Positions 46,296 to 53,077 of a stretch of 53,077 nucleotides of DNA are shown here, in pieces. The notes beneath the pieces were generated by a model. That model was not told where the DNA came from. It was given only the letters and a program-made list of their open reading frames with translations, and did not search any database. The stretch's first letter is position 1; each line of letters begins with the position of its first letter. Position numbers and translations under genes: made by a program. The stretch comes from a virus (Duplodnaviria > Caudoviricetes): positions 1 to 53,077 of IMG/VR virus record IMGVR_UViG_3300045996_001542. One strand, 5' to 3'.

Positions 46296-46460
46296 GCCTC
46301 CGCCGCCCGGTCCGTGCTCACTACGTGCTCACTGCGCGCTTAACTGGGCGCCGCTGCGCAGGGCATCGGTGCAGGTCAGGACCTTAATCCGCTCGCTGCA
46401 CGCACCCGCTCATGTAAAGCGGGTGTCTAGTGTGTGGGGCCGTCCAGGGCCTCATGTTCG

Positions 46461-46483
46461 GGGTGCGTAACCGTTACGCACCC
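46461..46483. promoter_or_regulatory. Palindrome copy 6 (core 46464-46480)
   Basis: GGGTGCGTAACCGTTACGCACCC in the convergent gap closing the lysis island. Confidence 0.9.
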
Positions 46484-46489
46484 GGCAAG

Positions 46490-46729
46490 TCATGCTCCCG
46501 GCCTCCGCTCGCTGCGCGCGAACTCGAAGTTCTCGCAGTCACAGCCCTTCACCTCGCACGGACGCCCCAGGAAGAACGCCGCCTTGTGCTCGTCGTGGTC
46601 ATGACCGCACACGCATACGTCCTGGCTATGGGTGTGAGTCGCCGGGCCCAGGTTGATGGTCTGGTCGCGGTCGAGCCGGGCGGTGGCCAGCCCTTCGCGG
46701 GTGAGCATCGCACGCACCAGCGGATTCAA
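46490..46729 (-). CDS. Small Cys/His protein
   Basis: CVCGH...H...C...CDC..F. Confidence 0.6.
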   Translation of the reverse strand: MNPLVRAMLTREGLATARLDRDQTINLGPATHTHSQDVCVCGHDHDEHKAAFFLGRPCEVKGCDCENFEFARSERRPGA

Positions 46730-47184
46730 CTCGCCCCCTCGGGGATCTCGGCGGTCAGGCTCAGGCCAAGGTCGGCGCGCAGCCGGTACTCGTCGAGCAG
46801 TGCGTCGATGGCGTCATAGCTCGCCCAGGTACTGCGCTCCGGACGCTCGCCGCGGCGCTCGCGCAGCCAGGCGGCCACGACGTCGTCGCGGTGCGGCAGG
46901 AGGTCGTCGCGGTGCGGCAGGAGGTCGTGGCCGACGGCGTCTGCCGGCACTTCGTCGAACCACTCGCGGTGCAGGGCGATCATCCGGTCCGGCACCCCAT
47001 CCACGTGCGGCAGCTGCACCATGACCTGGCCGTTGACGATGACCACCGTGGCGGGGAGGTACAGCCTGTCACCGTGCTGGATCCGCCCGCGGACCTCCTC
47101 GTCGGTGACCCACACCCCGTGCGCCCCCTCGGCGTGGGTGTCGTCCTGCTCACGTTCCGTCGCTTTCGTCCCTTGCGTGTCCAC
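46726..47184 (-). CDS. Hypothetical protein
   Basis: GTG at 47184 after AGAACGGAGCACCACAG; AIDALLDEYRLRAD. Confidence 0.65.
   Translation of the reverse strand: MDTQGTKATEREQDDTHAEGAHGVWVTDEEVRGRIQHGDRLYLPATVVIVNGQVMVQLPHVDGVPDRMIALHREWFDEVPADAVGHDLLPHRDDLLPHRDDVVAAWLRERRGERPERSTWASYDAIDALLDEYRLRADLGLSLTAEIPEGAS
46882..46928. repeat. 21-bp tandem duplication in frame
   Basis: GTCGTCGCGGTGCGGCAGGAG x2, encoding LLPHRDD twice. Confidence 0.85.
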
Positions 47185-47292
47185 CTGTGGTGCTCCGTTC
47201 TCGGTAGGATGTGTGCCGAACTCCCGTTCGTTCTGTTCCGTTCTGGCGGGAGTGCCCGGACCGGCGACCTGGGGTGGTCGCCGCCGGGCGTA

Positions 47293-47323
47293 CAAGGCCC
47301 CTCGCCACCGGTGAGGGGCCTTG
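47293..47323 (-). terminator. Hairpin after 47332..47682
   Basis: CAAGGCCCCTC...GAGGGGCCTTG. Confidence 0.6.
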
Positions 47324-47331
47324 CGCATGGG

Positions 47332-47682
47332 TTAGAAGATCCGGCCGGCGCTTTCCCGGTGCATCCCGTGTTGGCGCGTCTCGCCGCAGATGGCGCACCG
47401 GGAGTCGTGGCGCTCCTCCTGTCGACCCTCGGTCTCGAAGATGTGGGGCCGCTCGGACTCGCGGGGCGGGTTGCTGGTGGTGCGGGGCGTGCTCATGACT
47501 TCTCCCTCTGTGTCCTGGATGTAGACGCGGCCGTGCCCTTGGCACGTCGGGCACTTCGAGCCGGACGAGTTCTGCCCCGAGCCCGCGCACCGGGTGCAGG
47601 GTGCCGGGCTGAACCCGTCTGGCTGGCCGGTGTTGAAAAACTTCGATTGCGTGATGGTCTTGGGCTTGCGTTGCGTGACCAC
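47332..47682 (-). CDS. Protein with DnaJ-type CxxCxGxG zinc motifs
   Basis: CTRCAGSG...CPTCQGHG; second H...CAIC...H; GTG after the AGAACGGAG motif. Confidence 0.6.
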   Translation of the reverse strand: MVTQRKPKTITQSKFFNTGQPDGFSPAPCTRCAGSGQNSSGSKCPTCQGHGRVYIQDTEGEVMSTPRTTSNPPRESERPHIFETEGRQEERHDSRCAICGETRQHGMHRESAGRIF

Positions 47683-47701
47683 TGTGGTGCTCCGTTCTGA
47701 G

Positions 47702-48298
47702 TTAGTCATGGCCATGGATCACACCCTCTGAGGCGGCGCCCCCCGTGACGTGCATGTGCCGGGCGTTGCAGCACAGCGGATCGCAGGACGGTCGCATCAG
47801 GACCGCCCGGCGCCGATGGTCACGGTCGCCCGAGACGATCGGCAGCCCGGCCTCCTGCGCGATCACCCGCCGCGCCGACCGCTTGCTCTGCACACTGCGG
47901 CCACCGACAGAGACAGTGGGCAGCCCGTTGGTCAGCGACCCGGTCCAGGGGTGGCACGCGTCGGGGCCGGCGGAGGTGTCGACCATGCGCTGCACCCGCT
48001 CGAACACGCTCAGCTCGTGCTGCGATTTCGCCGGGCCAGGCTCCCCGTGCTGACGCACCCGGTCGTAGTGCAGCTGGCACAGGCCCTTGGCGGACGCCGA
48101 CTCCCCGCAACCCTCGACCGAGCAGGCCTTGCCCAGGTTGCGCATCCGGGTCGGGGCCGTCGACCCGTTGTGACGCCGCGCGCGCTTGTAGTGCTTCATG
48201 CACAGCCCGCGGGCCACGACCGGGTTACCGCATTCTGGTTCGCTGCACAGCGCTGGTGCCGCGCTGTAACTGGTGTCCTTACTCGTGTCGGTGGTCAT
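47702..48298 (-). CDS. HNH-like endonuclease with two N-terminal Zn repeats, possibly degenerate
   Basis: CS...C....ARGLC..HY x2; ACHPWTG; CDPLCCNARHM; GAAAGAGGGA RBS. Confidence 0.7.
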   Translation of the reverse strand: MTTDTSKDTSYSAAPALCSEPECGNPVVARGLCMKHYKRARRHNGSTAPTRMRNLGKACSVEGCGESASAKGLCQLHYDRVRQHGEPGPAKSQHELSVFERVQRMVDTSAGPDACHPWTGSLTNGLPTVSVGGRSVQSKRSARRVIAQEAGLPIVSGDRDHRRRAVLMRPSCDPLCCNARHMHVTGGAASEGVIHGHD

Positions 48299-48334
48299 CG
48301 TGATCTTCCCTCTTTCGTGACAGCGGGCCGGCGG

Positions 48335-48351
48335 TGCGTAACGGTTACGCA
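48335..48351. promoter_or_regulatory. 17-bp palindrome copy 7
   Basis: TGCGTAACGGTTACGCA, intergenic, upstream of the HNH-like gene. Confidence 0.9.
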
Positions 48352-48380
48352 CCCCGACCCGCTGCGGCGGTTCCCCTGTT

Positions 48381-48623
48381 TCAGTTGCCCAGCGGCCGAT
48401 GCGCGTCCAGGTCGTCGCGCGCGTCACTGACCCGCACCAGGACAATCTCGGTCGGGCAGGTGACGCACGTGATGACGTCCACGTACGCCGGGCCATGCAT
48501 GTACTTCAACGTGCTCTGATGTAACTCGATCGCTTCGTGCTCACAGGCCAGGACCGTGGCCCGGTCCCGTTCGGCCAGGTCATCTCGTTCAGCCAGTTCC
48601 GGCTGCTCGGGATCTGTGGTCAC
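48381..48623 (-). CDS. Hypothetical protein
   Basis: GTGA overlap; CEH...CVTC. Confidence 0.55.
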   Translation of the reverse strand: MTTDPEQPELAERDDLAERDRATVLACEHEAIELHQSTLKYMHGPAYVDVITCVTCPTEIVLVRVSDARDDLDAHRPLGN

Positions 48624-49999
48624 GCGTCCATTGCCTCCCTCATCATGTCCTTCCATGCCTTGAGGTCGTTGCGTTCCTTCGTCACGGCCTCGAGGTCCGC
48701 GCGCAGGTCGTCGCACTCCTTGCGCAGACGCTCCAGGTCCCCGACCAGTTCGGGGTTGACCAGGGCCCGGACCTGGTTCAGCAGGTCCGTCGGCTGGGCG
48801 ATGTGCCCGGTCCCGTTCACGCTCACCGGCTCCAGCGTGGTCGGCGCGGCCTGCACCACCAGCGGCTCAGGCTTCGCGGGCTCCGGGGTGGCGGCGGCGT
48901 CGGCGTGAACCTGACCGGCGACCGGCGCGGCGGGACTCTGGCTCCGTTCGGCGAGCTTCACGTCGCCGGCGATCTTGTGGGCACGGTGGTGGCCACCGAT
49001 CGACGTCGCCGGGAACACCCTCGCGCAGTACTCGCACCGCCGCGTTCCGGGTCGACGCCGTATGTCGGATGTCGCCCGTCGGCGCACCGCCCGGTTCCCG
49101 TCCATCTGCTGCACGACGAGGGGCAGCCGGGGGTCGTCCGCGTGCAGCTTGCTGTGCACATGCCTGCCCCGAGCGGCTGGCGTGGGCAGGACCCGATCGC
49201 ACAGCGGGCACGGATACTCGCCCGAGTCATGCTTGGTGCTGTGCAGGTTCAGAGCGCCCTGCGTCTTGAACGACGCACCACAGCCTGGTTCTAGGCACGG
49301 GTACGGCAGCTCTTCGGTCTCGGTGGTCTGCGGCCCTGCTTCTGACATCGGGTGCTTCTCCTTAGGTTTGAAATGGTCCAGGGCCAAGGCCACAAGCATC
49401 TCGATCGCCTCGACCCGGGCCGGATCGGTGGCCGGACCGGACGCGGCGACGCGAACCTCCTTGGTCTGGCGTTTGGCGTCGACCAGGATCCAGTCGTCCT
49501 CGCCGCGCTCATCGAGATACCACGCCATGACGCCGGACCCTGCGGCGACGATGCCGTCCCACCAGTCGCGGGTCATCTTGTGCATTCGCAGACGCGCTTG
49601 GTAGGACTGCTTCGCGGCGATCTGCCATGGTGGCTCGGAGCCTGCCAGCGGCAGAGCATCTTCCGTAGCAGCCACGCCGAATGCGTTGCGTGAATGCTCT
49701 AGCTTCTCGCGTTCGCGTTCGCGTTTGCGAAGCCACTGGTTTAGTGGGCGGCGTGCATTCTGCCCACCCCTGTTGCGCTTGAACTTGCGCTGCACCGCCG
49801 CCGTTGCCGTGCCGTCGGGGGAGCGCAGGATGACGTGGTGGTTCGCCGACACGCGCCCGGTCCAGCCGTGCAGTTGGTACTCCATGACCAGGGCGATCGC
49901 GTCGTCCTCGAATCCTTTGAGGTCGGCCTCAGCGTCCAGCAGTTCGGGCAGATCTTCGAGCGTGGCCTCCACCATTGCCTGTGTGAGCCCAGATCCCAT
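48620..49999 (-). CDS. Multi-domain protein: HicA-like N-domain, three C2H2 zinc fingers, C-terminal coiled coil
   Basis: GWTGRVSANHHVILRSPDG; YPCLEPGCGASFKTQGALNLHSTKH; YPCPLCDRVLPTPAARGRHVHSKLH; CEYCARVF....IGGHHRAH; LERLRKECDDLRADLE. Confidence 0.75.
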   Translation of the reverse strand: MGSGLTQAMVEATLEDLPELLDAEADLKGFEDDAIALVMEYQLHGWTGRVSANHHVILRSPDGTATAAVQRKFKRNRGGQNARRPLNQWLRKREREREKLEHSRNAFGVAATEDALPLAGSEPPWQIAAKQSYQARLRMHKMTRDWWDGIVAAGSGVMAWYLDERGEDDWILVDAKRQTKEVRVAASGPATDPARVEAIEMLVALALDHFKPKEKHPMSEAGPQTTETEELPYPCLEPGCGASFKTQGALNLHSTKHDSGEYPCPLCDRVLPTPAARGRHVHSKLHADDPRLPLVVQQMDGNRAVRRRATSDIRRRPGTRRCEYCARVFPATSIGGHHRAHKIAGDVKLAERSQSPAAPVAGQVHADAAATPEPAKPEPLVVQAAPTTLEPVSVNGTGHIAQPTDLLNQVRALVNPELVGDLERLRKECDDLRADLEAVTKERNDLKAWKDMMREAMDA

Positions 50000-50026
50000 G
50001 GCTACCTTCCGTTCCTGTTCGGGAAA

Positions 50027-50242
50027 CTAGCGGTAGTACGACGAGAACGGCAGATCTTCGCCGTACTTTTCGACGTAAGAGTCCACAGCGTTACGCAAAC
50101 TCGTGTCGTCTGCATCCGGACCAGAGCGCCGGTACGTGATCGTGGCCTCCACGACCTTGAACATGTCTGCCGCTGCCGTATACGTCTCGTCGTAGATTTC
50201 CGCCAGTTCAGCGAACTGGTATTCGGGAATGCTGTCGCTCAT
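50027..50242 (-). CDS. Small acidic hypothetical protein
   Basis: ATGA overlap (MSDSIPEYQF...); lower-GC codon usage. Confidence 0.6.
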   Translation of the reverse strand: MSDSIPEYQFAELAEIYDETYTAAADMFKVVEATITYRRSGPDADDTSLRNAVDSYVEKYGEDLPFSSYYR

Positions 50243-50811
50243 CGGGTCTCCCGCACGGGCACGTCGGTGGCGACCTGCTCGTCGGTGGCCACCGTGACCG
50301 GCGGGAGCGAGGTGGTGGTCACCACGGTGGAGTACTGGCTGGCCGGGACGAAGTGGATCCGGTCGGCCAGCGCCTGGTCCGACTCCTCCGTCGACCAGCT
50401 CGCGACCGCCTTGCCCTCCGGCGCGTACACGTGCTTCTTGGTGGAGTGCCCCAGGCGCAGCGTGCACCGGTAGGTCTGCCCGCCGAGGAAGGTGCGCGAG
50501 ACCAGGCACAGCCCGGAGTTGAGCACGTCGCGCAGCGCCTTGACCTCGCCGTCAGTCGCCATCTCGTCCTCGTGGGGGTCGGTGTCACCGGTGTGGACCA
50601 CCGTACGCCCGCCCTCCGACACGAACACGTCCCACGCCCCGGACAGGGTCACGCTGTGGCCCGCCTCTGCGGCCCCCGCGTAGTGGTAGGCGAACGCGCC
50701 GACCGTGGCCGCGGACGAGAACCCGTCGGGGTCCATGAACGCAACCTCGCCCGCGTCGATCCGACCCTGCGCGTACGCCTCGGCGGCGATGAACTCTCTG
50801 GTGATTTCCAT
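50239..50811 (-). CDS. Hypothetical protein
   Basis: AGAACGGAGCACAG-ATG. Confidence 0.7.
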   Translation of the reverse strand: MEITREFIAAEAYAQGRIDAGEVAFMDPDGFSSAATVGAFAYHYAGAAEAGHSVTLSGAWDVFVSEGGRTVVHTGDTDPHEDEMATDGEVKALRDVLNSGLCLVSRTFLGGQTYRCTLRLGHSTKKHVYAPEGKAVASWSTEESDQALADRIHFVPASQYSTVVTTTSLPPVTVATDEQVATDVPVRETR

Positions 50812-50927
50812 CTGTGCTCCGTTCTAGGTGGTGCCAATCGGTAACACCGAATGGCGGCGATGCAAGGGCCACGCCCGGTGGGGTCCTGTGGCGCAGCCCT
50901 ACCTACAGTTTACCGCATTCCGTCAAG

Positions 50928-51278
50928 TCACGCGGGCTCGGCCAGGCCCGGCCCGGTCAGGACCTGCCCGTCGAGGTCCGCCAGGGCCTCGAACGTCCCG
51001 CACCTGTTGCAGACCCGGGTCTTGTTGTCGTACCGGGACATCGCGTAGCTCCCCAGCGGGTCGCCGCACCCCGGGCACATGTCCCTCGGGTTGAGCAGGA
51101 AGGCCTTGGGCGTGAACGTGACCGTGCGCTCGGCCACCGCGAGGAACGCCTCATCGAACTCGTCTCGATCCAGGTTGGTCACCATCTCTTCCGCGGCCGA
51201 ATCCGAGCGGATCGGCTCGTCGACCTCGACGACCTTGCGGTACTCGACCGTCTCGGTCCACTCCAGGATGTACTTCAT
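50928..51278 (-). CDS. Hypothetical protein with C-terminal Zn finger
   Basis: CPGCG...AMSRYDNKTRVCNRCGTFEAL; AGGAGG RBS. Confidence 0.7.
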   Translation of the reverse strand: MKYILEWTETVEYRKVVEVDEPIRSDSAAEEMVTNLDRDEFDEAFLAVAERTVTFTPKAFLLNPRDMCPGCGDPLGSYAMSRYDNKTRVCNRCGTFEALADLDGQVLTGPGLAEPA

Positions 51279-51874
51279 GATTGGTCCTCCTCCTCCTTGT
51301 AGGCAGCCACGACGCGCAGCACGTCGGGCGTGCGCATGTGGTCGTTGTCCAGCGTGTACAGCCCGCTCCAGATCTCCCAGACGATGCCGACCTCAGCGGT
51401 CAGGTGCTCGTCCTCGGGGTCGTCGAGGTCGGTCGTGTCGATGACCTGGTCACCGACCTTTGGTGTGGCGTCCGTGGTCGCCGGCCACGCGGTCAACTCG
51501 CGCCCCTGCGGGAAGCCGGGCGTCCTCGGCGCGCGCAGCACGTTGCCGTGCTCGTCAAAGCACGCGTCCACCCATTCGCCCCGGTGAAGCCACGCGTAGT
51601 CACCCGACCAGTACGGCACGTACCGGATGGCCCGCCTGCAGTGCTTGCACGCGGCGTCCGGCACGGGCTCGGGCATCGTCTTGGCCCGCTCCAGCAGCTC
51701 GGTCAGGACCCGGATCATCGTCGCCCGGTCCGCGCACTCCGCGATGACACCACCGGACCCGTCATCCAGCCACAGCGCGGGCCCGTCGTTGCGGCTGTCG
51801 CGGCCGTCCCAGGCGCCCGCCTCCATGGTCATGTCGGCGCCCTCCAGCGAGGCGAAGTAGACGGTGTTTCCCAT
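51275..51874 (-). CDS. Hypothetical protein
   Basis: AGAACGGAG...ATG (MGNTVYF); CKHC...WLH motif. Confidence 0.7.
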   Translation of the reverse strand: MGNTVYFASLEGADMTMEAGAWDGRDSRNDGPALWLDDGSGGVIAECADRATMIRVLTELLERAKTMPEPVPDAACKHCRRAIRYVPYWSGDYAWLHRGEWVDACFDEHGNVLRAPRTPGFPQGRELTAWPATTDATPKVGDQVIDTTDLDDPEDEHLTAEVGIVWEIWSGLYTLDNDHMRTPDVLRVVAAYKEEEDQS

Positions 51875-51895
51875 GCTCGTTTCTCCGTTCTGGGG

Positions 51896-51912
51896 TGCGT
51901 AACGGTTACGCA
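51896..51912. promoter_or_regulatory. 17-bp palindrome copy 8
   Basis: TGCGTAACGGTTACGCA flanked by GGG/CCC. Confidence 0.9.
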
Positions 51913-51938
51913 CCCACCTTTCGTGTGTTGCGGTCAGG

Positions 51939-51955
51939 TGCGTAACCGTTACGCA
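51939..51955. promoter_or_regulatory. 17-bp palindrome copy 9
   Basis: TGCGTAACCGTTACGCA; contains the TAA of 51949..52599. Confidence 0.9.
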
Positions 51956-52599
51956 CCGCCGGGTTCCCTCTTGAGGTACCCGCGCCCGTAGGTCAGGGTC
52001 AGGCGCCCCTCTTCCACCAGCCCGAACAGGATGGTCTTGACCTTGGCGCGCACCTCGTCGAGGTTTGGTGGGGCGGCCACCTGCCGGACGATGGTGTCGT
52101 ACGCGACGTAGTGGCCCATCGGCATGTGGTGGAGCACCAGCTTGGGGGTGATCTGGCTGACGGCCGCAGGGCTCACGACCGGTTCCGACTCGCCCGTCCC
52201 GCCGGCCCTCTTCTTGGCCTCCTTGCGCGCCATTGCGGCGACGATGGCGGGGTGGTCCGCGGTGACCGACCGGTTGATCGCGTCGGCGACGTCGGCTCGA
52301 GTTCCGACGGGCCACCAGTCCCTGGTGGTGTTGAACATGAAGGTCGTATTGAACCGGTCGGGCAGGCCCGGCTCGCTGTGACCCGAGGGGATGTGCGCGC
52401 ACGCCACCCAGTGGTCGTTCTCGGCGGCCACGACCCGGATCAGCCCGTGCCGATCGCCGTCGCTCTCGCGGTACTCGACGATCGCCTCACCGTCGGCCGC
52501 GTAGAACTCCTTGGTGTTCTCCTGGCCGTAGTGGTCGACGATCTTGTTGACCGCCTCGACGATGGCGTCGGGCGTGTACGTGATGAACTTCTGGCTCAT
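51949..52599 (-). CDS. Hypothetical protein, possible C-terminal winged helix
   Basis: VKTILFGLVEEGRLTLTYGRGY. Confidence 0.65.
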   Translation of the reverse strand: MSQKFITYTPDAIVEAVNKIVDHYGQENTKEFYAADGEAIVEYRESDGDRHGLIRVVAAENDHWVACAHIPSGHSEPGLPDRFNTTFMFNTTRDWWPVGTRADVADAINRSVTADHPAIVAAMARKEAKKRAGGTGESEPVVSPAAVSQITPKLVLHHMPMGHYVAYDTIVRQVAAPPNLDEVRAKVKTILFGLVEEGRLTLTYGRGYLKREPGGA

Positions 52600-52609
52600 C
52601 GCGGCTCAC

Positions 52610-52783
52610 CTACTCTTCCGGGCTCTCGATGGCGTGCTTGACGCGCTGGAGAAGTTCGTGGGCGAGGCCCAACGCCTCAAGCGGGGTCATCCTCTTGACG
52701 AATTCCCGGACCTCCAGGACCACGACTCCGTGGTCCGTGTAGGTGTCCACGCCTTTCGGCAGGCCACTCTCCTGGTCGCTCAT
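52610..52783 (-). CDS. Small hypothetical protein
   Basis: GGAACGGAGGAGCC-ATG; MTPLEALGLAHELL. Confidence 0.6.
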   Translation of the reverse strand: MSDQESGLPKGVDTYTDHGVVVLEVREFVKRMTPLEALGLAHELLQRVKHAIESPEE

Positions 52784-53052
52784 GGCTCCTCCGTTCCGTA
52801 CCAGTCGGTGATGTACTGCCCGCCGGGCGGGTCCTGGCGGGCGGCGAGCACGGCGTCGCGGAAGGCGGGCGTGTAGGTCGCCGTCGTGCGCACGGTCTCG
52901 GTGTGCTCGTCCCACTCCCCGCGGTCGTGCCCGGCGCCGGCGTCGACCGTCTCGTCGGTGTACTCGACCTCACGGCCGTCGATGAACACGGTGACGTCGG
53001 TGCCGCCGTCGGGGTCGCGCACGGTCAGGACCTCGATGCGTGTGTTGCCCAT
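52780..53052 (-). CDS. Hypothetical protein
   Basis: AAGGAGG RBS; VRDPDGGTDVTVFIDG...VDAGAG. Confidence 0.7.
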   Translation of the reverse strand: MGNTRIEVLTVRDPDGGTDVTVFIDGREVEYTDETVDAGAGHDRGEWDEHTETVRTTATYTPAFRDAVLAARQDPPGGQYITDWYGTEEP

Positions 53053-53077
53053 GGCTCTTCCTCCTTCTGGGGGGGGT

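Noticed and set aside
46380-46440. tRNA gene
   Set aside because: Only an anticodon-like hairpin. No D arm, T-loop (GTTCRA) or acceptor stem. I found no convincing tRNA in the window.
50088-50097. Half-sites of the palindrome (CGTTACGCA here; also near 262 and 25620)
   Set aside because: Only one arm is present, so not counted as copies.

Overview
The window reads as an essentially complete, very GC-rich tailed phage genome, most likely a siphovirus of an actinobacterial host. A minus-strand ORF running off position 1 continues in frame into the last bases, which suggests a circularly permuted or circularised genome. Layout: (i) 1-6.3 kb small regulators (three ribbon-helix-helix/Zn-ribbon proteins, HTH fusions, a ParB-like domain); (ii) 6.3-34.9 kb plus-strand packaging and virion module (terminase, portal, MuF-protease fusion, two capsid-type proteins, major tail with PKD domain, frameshifted chaperone, tape measure, minor tails, receptor-binding genes), interrupted by two antisense insertions (membrane-HTH gene, HNH gene); (iii) 34.9-43 kb minus-strand recombination/replication genes (Cas4-like exonuclease, Rad52/Sak-like annealase, VapBC cassette, RusA, HNH, SLOG protein, HTH initiator with internal iterons); (iv) 43.2-46.3 kb plus-strand lysis island; (v) 46.5-53 kb minus-strand small genes, including a HicA-like/triple C2H2 zinc-finger protein. 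I recognised no integrase, DNA polymerase, primase or helicase. The most striking unexplained structure is a 17-bp palindrome, TGCGTAAC(C/G)GTTACGCA, found nine times. It marks five of eight strand switches, supplies four stop codons and overlaps one start codon. All product calls are by-eye motif and synteny recognition, not database searches.
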